Part shown: piece by piece, positions 1 through 12,085 of the stretch | How positions within the stretch are numbered: the stretch's first letter is position 1 | How the letters are laid out: each line of letters opens with the position of its first letter | Translations under genes and position numbers: made by a program | Assembly: GCA_021613535.1 (NCBI GenBank) | Contig: CP075493.1 | Span: forward strand, 11,594,001 to 11,658,000 | Reading direction: 5' to 3' | Length of the DNA: 64,000 bases | Source of the DNA: Adineta vaga | Lineage: Eukaryota > Animalia > Rotifera | Notes under the pieces: generated by a model | What the model was told of the DNA's origin: nothing | Databases searched by the model: none | Seen by the model: only the letters and a program-made list of their open reading frames with translations

Positions 1-903
1 ACTAATATGATTTGTACAAGATGTATAAGGTGGTGGCAAAAGTACATTAGTTCGTTTTGTATAACTCAATTTATGATTTCTTCCAGGCGAAAGTTGCATT
101 CCTGATAAAGCAGTCACAGGAAATTGAATATTATCATGAACTAGTACCATCATACCAACTCCTACAAATATATACTTCTATATAGAAAAATATTGACTCA
201 TAATCAGACAAATATATTTACCTTTAGTTATATATGGTACATATTGATGACGATGTACATAGAAAGTTAATTCAAATGTTCCTTCACCAGCATTATCTAA
301 TGTATATCTAATATGATTATCATTACTACTGGTATTTTTTGGTTTAGCATTAAATGTATAACAAGTGCCATAACGAAGTGATGCAAAACTTGTGAAATTA
401 ACTGATGAACATGCCATGTTATTATACGAACAACTCATTAACATTGATTCAAGTGGAAAAGAAAATTGACTTAAAGTTTCTTTACGATCGAGAGTGTCTC
501 TTAGAAAATCACGAACGTATAAACTTTCGGTTTCTGAAAATTGTGTTGCATTTGAATAATCAAGAAATGGATCAATAAATTTTGAATAAACAAATGGTGA
601 ATAATTACAGATTGTAACAGCTGGAAACGCTTGTGGCCATTCGGTAACAATTTCGACAGATATTTGAGAAGGATATTGAAAATAAACAATAATCGATGCT
701 ATAACAAGATAAAACATAATACCAATGAAAATGAAAAGTGAAATAGACCAAAATATACGATTCGATATACTTTGACTACTAGCAATACGAGGAATGCCAT
801 GAGTCGATGTATTTAAACTAAATTCTCTAATTATTGAACGACTTCTCTGTTGTCTTGCATTTAATTCCAATTTTTCAGTATTATTTTGATTGATATTCAA
901 CAT
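1..903 (-). CDS. DEG/ENaC (ASIC-like) amiloride-sensitive channel, 3' part runs off the window
   Basis: HG motif (TSTHGIPRI), TM1, FPAVTICN and YGTCYTFN. Intron 162-221 (GT..AG), then GVGMMVLVHDN...LPPPYTSC continues to base 1. Confidence 0.92.
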
Positions 904-1115
904 GAATCGTTCGATTTCGATTATATTTTATGAATATTATTCGTGTTTTATATTTATTAACGAAAAATAATATTTACTTTGCTCAAACCATATAAATCAT
1001 TCATATACTCTCAAGATTATTTTATACATACAGAAAATAGAACCGATTTTGTTCTATTTGATCCGAATGTATACTCGCTTACATTTACACTTTCAAGTTA
1101 TAAAGTACATCAATA

Positions 1116-1893
1116 TCAAAAAACATTCTTAGATTCATTGAAATTTACGTCAACATTATTTCGCTCACTATGTAAATCGTTTTCATAACGAATTAACTGT
1201 AAAAAAAAAGAATCATTCGGAAGTGCGATCGATCGTCGTTCAATTAAATGACCATATGCATCTTGGACATTATCATGATGAAATCTTAAATTAAAATAAG
1301 ATTTATGTATTCTAATGTCGAGATTGTGAATATAATTCTTACTTTAATAGATAAGCAAGAATGATAGAAGATGATCGTGATACACCTTTTCGACAGGTTA
1401 CAAGAACAGTGTGATTATTTCTTCTACAACGATGTAAAAATTCATTTGTTTGATCGAAATATTGACGAATATTAACATTGTTCAAATCTTCTACATTAAT
1501 CCAAAGAACTTCAAGTTTCTTAACAATATCTGATCTCAACCGAACATCCGAAATGTTAATAATATGTCGAATATTTAATTCTTGAAGTAAATTCATGTTC
1601 CTCGCATGTTCTATCGTTCCATGGTATAGAAAATTATCAATAATCATTGATGGATACAAAAAATTTGGTCGTTTAAATGAAATATCTTTTCGTATTAATT
1701 GAAATAAACGTAATTGTTTTAAATAATTAATTTCTTCATCTGTAGCTTGTATCAAATGTATTGCATCAGTATTGATTTGAAGTTCTAAAGTATCTTTATT
1801 CTTTGACATTTCATCGAAGTGAAGCACTTTTGAAATATATACTATAGAATTTAAACAAGAAAAATAATGACGTAATTTTCTACTCTTACACAA
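1116..1893 (-). CDS. Dual-specificity protein phosphatase (atypical DSP); 5' end uncertain
   Basis: PSMIIDNFLYHG, VEDL acid loop and VLVTCRKGVSRSSS (CX5R). After an intron at ~1285-1341 the last exon reads FHHDNVQDAYGHLIERRSIALPNDSFFLQLIRYE...stop at 1116. Confidence 0.85.
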
Positions 1894-1969
1894 TCTTTAT
1901 ACATTATTTCGAAATTTATAACACATTTATCATTATTTGCGAAGAGAATGTCATAGAATCATACTTTTA

Positions 1970-2060
1970 GTTAAGATCAAGTGTAAATTTCTATACGCGA
2001 TTATTTCCTCGATCAATAATTAAAAGATTATTTTGATGATCAAATACCGAACGTGAATGA
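1970..2060 (-). pseudogene. NHL-repeat C-terminal fragment
   Basis: Manual translation gives FDHQNNLLIIDRGNNRV*KF, an NHL consensus (D..NNRVQKF) with CAG>TAG. Confidence 0.5.
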
Positions 2061-2399
2061 TAATATAATTGATTTTTCATCGTTAGTTTTACGTTAAAAT
2101 GAAATAGTCTGATAGATTGGTTATTTTTTTATTTATTTCTAGATTAAAACTGCAATTGTAAAAATGATAAATGCAGATATATTGAAAGCAGAGTGTATTC
2201 ATTTATTCATAAATAAATCTTCTCATTAAATATTTTACATGTACAAACATCAGTTCGTAATAAAGATGGTATTTTATTTGAAAGCCATTCTTTTGTTAAT
2301 AATCCTATTTTAGGCCAAGTAGAACGACTTGAGTTTTGACATATATCAACAACTAAACTTGCTAGATAAACAAGACATAACTCTTTGATATGCAATTTG

Positions 2400-3704
2400 G
2401 ATTGAATATGTGATTTTTGACAAACATATCGAAAACTATGTTTTGTTTTGGTTGAATTGATGGAAATGCATCAGAAAATGTCAATGATATTAATCGAGGC
2501 AAAGCTTGGATAGTATTAACAAGTGTGATGAACGACGGAATATTTGTATTTGTATTTCTTTCTAATATGAGTGAAGTGACATTTGGAAAATAAGATGATT
2601 AACATAGTCGTTAAGGTAAAGAATAGATGATGTACATTGAGATGAGTGATAAAATTTTGAATATTTAATTTTATTCGGCGCACATCGAGGTACTATAAAA
2701 AATGAAATTGGTAAATCTTGATCATCATAAGCAACATGCCATCGTTTACTTTCCAACCAGAAATAAGAACGAAATGTATCAAGAATCTGTCGTACAGAAG
2801 TATCTTGTAAGGGATCACGAAGACGAAATCGAAAGATGAATATAACAAGTTATAAAATGAGTGTTTCCCAAATTTTCCATTTAGAAGATTGGTAGCAGCA
2901 GCTATATCAAGTTCAAAATGAATTAGACATGGTAGTTTAATCCAGAGCTGCTCAAGATCAATTATCGAAAGTGTTGGAGCTGTTATTTTATTGAAAATAG
3001 AAAGAAAAAGATTTTGTGCTTTAGAAATAAAAATAAAGAGTGTATATGTACCGATAGTATAGACTTCTAATCTTTTCAAAAATAATTCAGTTGAGGTGCT
3101 TGTTAAAGCATACGTTTATCCGGAAACTATCCAAGATTGATGTTCATTGAACGTAGATTAGGTATCGTTTTGAAAATATCTAATAGTGCGAAACTATTTA
3201 CACCAGCGATACGATGCATATGAGGCAATTCTTGATCAAAAACATATCGAAGATCGTGCACATAGAGTCGATTCAATTTTTGTAATTGAGGTACAGAATG
3301 AAATGAACCGGAGTAATCAACTGCTGAAGATACTAAGGTTTTTATATTATACATCCATTCAATTGCTTTCTCATTGAGTGTATCAATTTCAAGTGAACGT
3401 AAATTAATAAAATCAGCACTTTTATATCGGGAGAAAAACAGTTCACATTGCCCTGTTGTGCGATTACTATCGGATAGAATGAGGGCAATAACTTGCTTTG
3501 GTTGAATAAGAGAACATGTAAGATCAAATTGAGATTTTCGAACAGAACGAAAATCAATAATATATAGCGATTATAATTGGCTAGGACCAGATCGAGACGG
3601 ATGGACACATTTGAAAATACATAAAGAATTTCATGTGCACGAAGATAGACAAAAATATCATGAAGCAATTCGACTGACAATCGATCGAATTTGATTGACA
3701 TCAT
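2400..3704 (-). pseudogene. F-box-like/LRR-like protein, broken over several frames
   Basis: F-box-like start (FDRLSVELLHDIFVYL). Consecutive overlapping ORFs 3342-3704, 3127-3354, 2693-3079 and 2562-2756 carry LxxL repeats and a WHVAYD motif, with frameshifts not explained by splice sites. Confidence 0.65.
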
Positions 3705-4693
3705 GTGAAATGATTTCTTTTTCTTTTTTCAAGTTGGAAAGATTTTGTTTTCAGTCAGAAACAAGAGTACAGTAATACAAATAAAGAGAGAAAAAAAGGA
3801 ACATCATTAGAAGTTCATCCATGCGTTCTAAAGAAGAAGAAAACGGTGCTAATTTATCTTCAGAAACAGGAGCATGTAATGCAATAACAGGAGTATTTTT
3901 AAACGATTCAGTTGAATTTCGCTCTGCCCAGGATCCATCACGACACATAGGCATGCAATCACCAGTTAACTTCAGAACTTTTCCACAAACAGCAGTATTC
4001 AGAATAAATCTAACGAAGGAAATATAAGTATAAAGATTCTTCGGGTCTTATTAATCCAAATCTTTTTCTTTAAAACTTGATTATCGTATTATCTACAAGA
4101 GTATAGGAATGAAGAAACAATTACTTTCTTTTACAATCCTCTTCCTACATCCGATTATATTACAAAACTGTAATACATACTCACATCATCATTGAGAAGA
4201 TGAATACGATAAATAATCAAATAAAAGTTACATTCTTGTTTTTATTTACTTTACATTTACATTTCTCTTCAATCACTCAATTATTTTATACAGATAAAAT
4301 TTTATTCAAAATTTCACAAATTTGATTTGTTACTATTCGAAAAGTATAAAAATCAATTGGATTGAACTGGACGATGATAATAACAATGGAATCAATGAGG
4401 TACAGCTGATGTATATGTATAGTAAAGATTTCTAAAGGGGAAAATGATTGATACATATAAATACGAATGGTGAATGATATAGTTGAATATATCTAACAAA
4501 AAAATGGAGAAAACATGTACAATAAATTTGACAAGATATATTAGCACGTTTTAACAGCAGAAGTTCAACGACAAAGTGGTAACGTCGTTGTATTTGTTAC
4601 TTTTCAAATACAATTTATACGTATTAGATATATGACTATAAAGCTATACTAATGTTGCTTACATAAAAGCAAATTATTTTACAATATTAATAT

Positions 4694-6899
4694 TTACGAA
4701 GATAATGTTTTATTATACAAATGGTTCAAACGTTCAACAAGATCGATAGATTGTTGTCGTTGTGGATGATTTAGTGGCAATTTTGACTCACGAATACGTA
4801 ATGATCTGTATGCATATTCAAGAGCTACTGAATAATTATTCTCTTCAACATATAACTCGCTCAATTCACAACATGTCCGAGCAATTTGTGGATGATCGTT
4901 AGCTTGCAAAGCTTCTCGTATTTTTATAGATTCTTTGAAATAATAAATAGCTTCTTCTCGATTATTCAATGAACGTTGTACAAGTCCCATAATATGTAAT
5001 GTTTGCGCATGAGCTGGTGACTTTTCCGGCATTGTATCTTTAACAAATAGTAATGTGTTTTTTAGTAAGTTCGATGCAGATTCATACTGCTTAATTTGCC
5101 AATATACATTTGCAAGTCGATTTAAATGAAAACCAAATTCATAATGATTTTTTGGTAAAATTCCTCGATAGATAATCATTGCTTGTTCATATAAATTTTT
5201 CCCTCGTAATAGATCTCCTGATTCACAATAGACGTTACCTAAACAGGATAACATACGACCATAAATCATACTCGACTCTGGTAATAAACGTCGTTGTAAC
5301 AAAAGAGCAGCTCGAAGATATGTTATAGACTGTTGACTTTTTCCCATTGCACGATAAACGCGACCTAAACAATAATAGATGATATCCGGTCGATCTTCAT
5401 CATCCCATGATTTAGAACGCAATAAACGATGGAAATAACTTAGCGCCCCATGATAGTTACTAGATATTTCAGATGTAAAATGTCCAAATAGGATTACAGG
5501 TTTTGTTTCTATAAAACGACTTTGAACATGTTGACGATATTCTTGCATAAGTTTAGAAACTTCTGAAGATGAAGTCATTTGAATATGCCAAACACGTTGT
5601 ATTTCATCGTATTTAATATCAATAATAATAAAAGTAGTACCTAAATTGAAGAGCATCTCATTTTCGTCAGGCACCGCACTCTCATTGGATACATCGGCAA
5701 CGACAACATCAGGTGATTTGTTCAAATCAATATCGATTTGAAATAAAACATATTGAAATCGTTCATTGCGACCGCGACTCGGTGACATATCTACAGTCGA
5801 ACTAATACCAATAAAATTTTCAGCAGTATGCAAGTGTCTTGAACATGAAAAGAAACTGTTTGTTGCTACTAATGATCCAACTTCCAGCTTCTCGACTTCA
5901 TCTCGACGAAGTTTTGATCCTCGATAAACGCAAAATGGCGCTGTACAATTGATCTTTGTTAATGCCTTTTCTTCAAGACGTGTACATAAATCAACAATAA
6001 AAAACCGAAATTTATATAACATAAGATTATCTTCAGTACGTAGAGCTCTATTGATTATACGATATAGGAAACATGATTTTGTATACCAATAAATCGCATT
6101 CATTGGAGTATATGTATGTCTAAATTCATCAATTTTTCTCAAATCATGTGGATTAAAACAACAAGCGCGACATTCCGTTAACATATCTCGTTTGGCATCA
6201 TTTGAATTATATGGCATTGCACTCAAGATAACTAAAAGAACAGTGAATATTTAATGAAACGATACCGTAATATGTTTGTCATAATAAGACAATATTGATA
6301 CTAAAAATAAAAGTAGAAATAACCGACTAACCTCTATATGTTTGACTCCATATATATGGACCAAGTTCTTCACGGAGATTTCTCAATGCCTTTTCGGATT
6401 GATTTACAAAAGTAAATAAATCGTCATCTGAATCGTTAAGTTCGTTGATTTGTTGTTGCAATCGAATTTCTAATGACTTATAATCATAAAATACACCACC
6501 AATTTTATTAATTTCATTTCGTGTATAGACCGAAAGATCAGTATCAATACTTTCATGCTGTTCATTCGTCAGAGACACAATGAATATATGTTGTACTTGT
6601 TGATATTGGCATAGTTCAGCAATTTGACTAATATTGATCGAGTCGTTGATGATATTATAAAGAATAATTATATATTCATGTCTTTGTGCTCGTTTCAGAT
6701 ATTTAATGCATTTTAAATTATTCGTACAATGAAAAATATAACAATTATTAAGAGCACGTATATGATTATTTATTGTATCACTGTTGTTTGATACCAAATG
6801 AGGTTCTTCATGTAAAATAATAGTGATGCCAATACGTAATGATGATGGACGACGAAAAATCCGATCTCCACGATTTCGTTTCACATTCAGTTGAGACAT
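4694..6899 (-). CDS. ADP-ribosyltransferase (R-S-E type) + TPR repeat protein, 2 exons
   Basis: WYTKSCFLYRIINRALR, VYRG, FFSCSR and ENEMLF motifs followed by TPRs. Intron ~6232-6330 joins ORF 6327-6899 to ORF 4694-6226. Confidence 0.9.
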
Positions 6900-8101
6900 T
6901 GTTGAAAGTAATTAGTTGTATGAATTAATATATTCTGACATTTAATCATAATGATGTTTTAATAGTGAATTTCTTAAACTTGTAGAACCAGACAAGAGTT
7001 GATTGGAAGTAGAAAATGATTTATGCTACAATATATACCGAAAAAAACAAAGGTCACTATTACATTCTTGTTGAATAAAAGATTAGACAATTAGGATGAT
7101 CTACTCTTTCACAATACTGTCGAAAATTTATTTCTCTATGCTTTTTTTGGCTTAATGTCAAAAATGCTATACAGGTATGTCTTTTTCTATGTTCTTTTTA
7201 AGGTTGTAATTCTGCGAAAAGAGTAAAATTATTCTTATTTGCAGCGTTCTAATGTAATTAAATACGATTCACTTACTTTTATACGTCGTTCTGCATAAAA
7301 TTTGATTGATTTCAACTACTATATGCATTTCCTTTATATGATCATTTATATACATTGAAACAAAGTTTGAAAAGGTTTCTCGAATATTTTTGAAAGAAGC
7401 CGACGTATATAACACTAACTCGTAACGAACTATTTAAAAGGCACCATATTCATATACAGACACAATCTTGTTGCTGTATTCTCTTTTCTTGCTGTGGTAT
7501 ATTTCTTGGAGAATAACAAATAGTGAAATTGTTCTTTTGTGCGTTTTGCTATGTTCAATAGTATCGCGAATTCAATTCGAATATAGAATTTTTATTGATA
7601 TAACTTCATTTAACGTATATAACATTACTAATTTAGCTGAAAATAAAATTAATATGGTTGCTTTAAAAACACCGAGATTTTTCGATAACTAATTGCTGAG
7701 TTCAAGGCTTTTAATTGAGCTAAATTGTTTTAGTATTAGTTCAATTTCTACTTTAAATCGAATATGCCGCTACTACTTATTTATGAATTGATTCAGACCA
7801 ATTCGAGTTTCGAATGTCTGATAAATATATGTTTTCTTTTATAACAGATTTTTATTACGTATGACATCTACAATCGTTTGCATATCAGAATTTATAGTTT
7901 AAATGAAACTCATCGTATTAATAGTCTATACAGAAGAAAAATATTGAGTTGGAGACTGTATCATCAAGAGTTATTTCTTACATGATTATTACTTATTGTA
8001 TCAGAAAATGTGCCTGAATGAGACATGCCCAATGTTGGGCAATCCCATCAGATCCTACAACAGCAACCGACTAAATCCAATGCAATCCGACATAAACAGA
8101 C

Positions 8102-8631
8102 CAGTGGCGTAACCAGAAATCGTCGGGTGAATGGGCGTTGCCCTACCAGTTTTTCGAAAATCATATAAGTTGATGCACATATTTCGTCTATTTTTGTTGA
8201 GAACAAGTGGTTACTTATGTGATATTATTTTATTTTATAGGTTCATCGGGAAATAAATCATTGATAAAATCAAATCTATCAACTACGATTGGCTAAGTAT
8301 ATTCTCCTCTTTTTCAGCGGACGGAGGTCTTCCGAAAGTTGAAAAGTTCGAGATCGAGCGTTGGTTAATTTTGTGAAGTCTTTATCCAAAAGTTTAAACG
8401 ATATTTTTGAAAACTTTTACATTTTTTGCTAAACTGGTGAGCGAAAAAATGAAACTTGCCAGGACTCGGAAACATCGTAACCTGAGCAACTCTCTGATCA
8501 ATATATAATTTATGTTTTAGAAAATATTGTGTTCATTGCTTAGGCATACATTTTGTTCTAAAAGTGCACCTTTTACAAACTACCGGTGAGCGGGCGGGGC
8601 CCCCTCATGCCCTACCCTAGTTACGCCACTA
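8102..8631. mobile_element. Non-autonomous hAT-like DNA transposon (MITE), 530 bp
   Basis: TIRs CAGTGGCGTAAC (8102-8113) and GTTACGCCACTA (8620-8631). Perfect 8-bp TSD AAACAGAC at 8094-8101 and 8632-8639. No ORF. Confidence 0.9.
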
Positions 8632-9413
8632 AAACAGACCCAACCGACTCAAACCCAGCATCAAAACAGTCCAGGAAAACAGCTTCATAAAAGTCTATTC
8701 AATGCCACCTCCAGTTTGTCTTCACTTCGTGCATTGAAAGATCTAGCATTATATCAAACAAACCCCGAACAGTGACACATACCGAAGCCTTGTGGCATCT
8801 CTTCCACATATATAAATTCATTTTCGTACAGGATCCGATAGATCAAAGATACGATGATCAGATATATGAATTTGAAAAATCTATGGAATACACAGAAATT
8901 TGGCTATAAAGTCGTGAAATTCGAGAGCAGTACAAGGAGGTGTCGGGAAAATATCATTTTTATACATACTCAGCATAGTTATATTACATAGACTAGTTAC
9001 TCTTCCTTTGTTGTGAAAATTATTTTTTTCGATTTTTTCACCCAGACGGAGCTATAGGCGCTCTCTTCACTCATATATGAGAATAATATATATATATATA
9101 TATCGATTTCATGAATAATCAAATCGTAAATATGAAATGAAAAGTGCGTACTCTATAGTCGGATAAAAATTCAAGATAATGTGTTCTTTTCTCTCTCATA
9201 TATATCGAGTCTATAACCCTTTCTTACAGAAAAGGGAATCAAAAACAAACTAAATGTCAACTGAAAAGTGATGCTCTTATCCGTATGATAGGGACGAAAC
9301 GTGTGTTGACTTTTCGATATCAGTTGCAAAACAACTATAGAGGCATATAAAAAAAACGAATCGAATGGTAAATATATTTTTATATTCGAGTATCTATATT
9401 ACGAACGAATGCA

Positions 9414-11324
9414 ATGGCTTCATCTTCGATGCTAGCAGACTATGTTTCAAAACAAACAAACATTGATAATGTTCATGATTCACATAATAAACATACGATA
9501 TTTTCACGAAAAAAAAACAAGATTCTACGATGGATTATCTTTATAATGGTAGTTATTCTTGGTATAGTGACTACGGCAATTGTTACTTACTATATTACAA
9601 AGTCAACATACTGTAAGTCTATATATATAAATATATTATCAGTTATTGTACTTTACGGGTTGAAAATATGCATGTCATCTTGATGAGTGCAACAAAAATA
9701 AAATGATATTTACATCGAAAATTTCATGTTTATGAATGTTAAAAGATGAAATAAATAAGTAACTGTTTTAGACAATATGCCACAAACAAATACAACATCT
9801 CAAAATGAAGAAATTGTCACTGATTTTATAATTATTGGAGGTGGTACTGCAGGATGTGTTGTGGCTGCACGATTAGCTGAATATGGCTTTGAAACTCTTT
9901 TATTAACAAGTGGATCAAATGACACATTAAATCCAATGATGCGAGAAAAATCATCATATAGCAAATTAGAACAGGCACTCCATTTTAGGCATTACTTACC
10001 TGCAGAACCATCTCCATACTTGAATCAACGCATTCTCAATATTATTGTTCGAAATACTCTTGGAGGAAGTAGTATTAATGGTGCTGGTATGGAACGAATG
10101 ATGCAAAATGATTGGACATATTTTATCAATGCTACGAATGATCAATCCTATCATCATCAGTATATGTCTACTTATTATAAAATGGTAGAAAATTTTACGT
10201 CAACTGCAGCGAATTCAACGTCTCAAGATCATGGTCATAATGGTCCTATTATCATTACACAAGTTTATGATGCTATATTTTATGATGTATGGAAAAATGT
10301 TGCCAAAGAATTATCCGAAACATTTACTAATGATTTAGCAGGTCCGATCGACTATGGATTTTCCTTTGAACCTTCTGCATTTACGAATGGATTGAGAAGT
10401 TGGAGTGGTGATGCTTATTTAACTTCTAGAATGAGTAAATATCCGAATTTAAAAGTTATCACCGGTGCCACTGTGACTAAACTCGATGTTAATGAAAAGA
10501 CGAAACATATCGATAATGTTCTTTTTGTTTCTTCAAATGGTTTATTCAAAGGAAGAGCAAGAAAAGAATGTATTTTATCAGCTGGTGCAATCTATAGCCC
10601 ACATTTGTTGATGTTGTCTGGCATTGGTGATTCAGAAATTCTTCAACAAAATAATATCACAGTAAAACATGAATTAAAACAAGTAGGAAAAAATTTAATG
10701 GACAATGGTGTCATAACTCTTGAATATAGTACCAACAATTTCTCTATGGGTAACTCTATCCCAGTTGGTTTGATCAACAGTCAATCGCCTACAACCAATA
10801 CTAATCCTGATATATTTTTTATCCTAAAAATGAATCAATTAACAGAACATCTCTACGTAATTTTATTTAGCGCTTCACCAAAATCGTCTGGTAGTTATGT
10901 TTCATTGTATAATTCCAATCCATTGATACCACCAAAATTAAATTTAGCCTACTTCGAAAATCAAAATGATATAAAAATATTTGTTAATGGTATTAACTAT
11001 GTTCGAAAAGTGATGTCAACATCTTCAATAAAGCAACATGGTGAAATAAATGAAATCTTGCCAGGAATAGACGTAGTAAATTTGACTGCGTATGTTATCG
11101 AGAAAATATCGTCTACGAATCACTTTATGGGAACATGTTCCATGGGAAAAAATGAACAAAATTCTGTTGTCGATAGTGATTTCAAAGTTCATGGAATTGA
11201 CAACCTTCGAATAGTCGATGCATCAATATTTCCAGCTGGCTTCGCTTCGAAATCTGGACCTTGTTTAACTGTACATGCTTTAGCAGAAAAAGCGGCTCAT
11301 ATATTGCAGCAGAACTATTCATAA
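9414..11324 (+). CDS. GMC oxidoreductase with N-terminal membrane anchor, 2 exons
   Basis: DFIIIGGGTAGCVVAARL (FAD binding), LSAGAIYSPHLLMLSGIG, HFMGTCSMG and VHGIDNLRIVDASIFP. Intron 9613-9771 joins a TM-coding exon in frame. Confidence 0.93.
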
Positions 11325-12085
11325 ACTATATTTTTCTGTAATTGTTTTATAATAAAAAATCAGACTGTTTATATAAGAAGAATACGATACTCTGAAAGCA
11401 TTATTCAGTGGTTGAAATAATATTCGTGTCGAATCTTTTATCATTCATGAATTGAATGAAACTATAGTTATAAGAAAACAGATAACTCGACTTCATACTA
11501 ACAATTCTTCGAGAACACATTATACTAACCTGGAACACGATATTTACCTTGAATTAAGAATAAACACAATGTTACTATGAAAATATTATTAGACAAATAA
11601 AAGTACATTTGCGTCGTTTTATATATGTCCTATACGATAAAACAGGACAAAGTATTATTTAAAAGTGTGATTAAATATAATTTTTAAAAGAAGAACGCAA
11701 TTGAAAAGCAAATAAATCGGTCGAACCAACGAGTATTGACGTCAATGGTTTTCTCTCAATGTTTGCCATCGATAGTATATATTTGTTCGTCTTAATACTG
11801 ATAGCAACATGAAGATATTATTATTTCCAAGACAAGTCTTTATTTGAATGATAATTTAACAAAAAAAAGATTTCAATTTTGAGTTGTTTGTTTTTAAATT
11901 AGGAACTTTGTCTAGTATTCATTATAAAGTGAACAATATAATGAGCAAGCGAGAGAACCATATGAAAATGAATATTTTAAGTTCACTCTTTTTCTCTCAT
12001 TGTAATTGAACAGACGAACAGAGAAAAGAAACAATCGGATTTAGAATCCTATGTGGATTCACGAATAGTATTTTAATTGTTCACA

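Noticed and set aside
3751-4027. 67/68-aa ORFs on both strands
   Set aside because: Short, with no recognisable domain or splice support.
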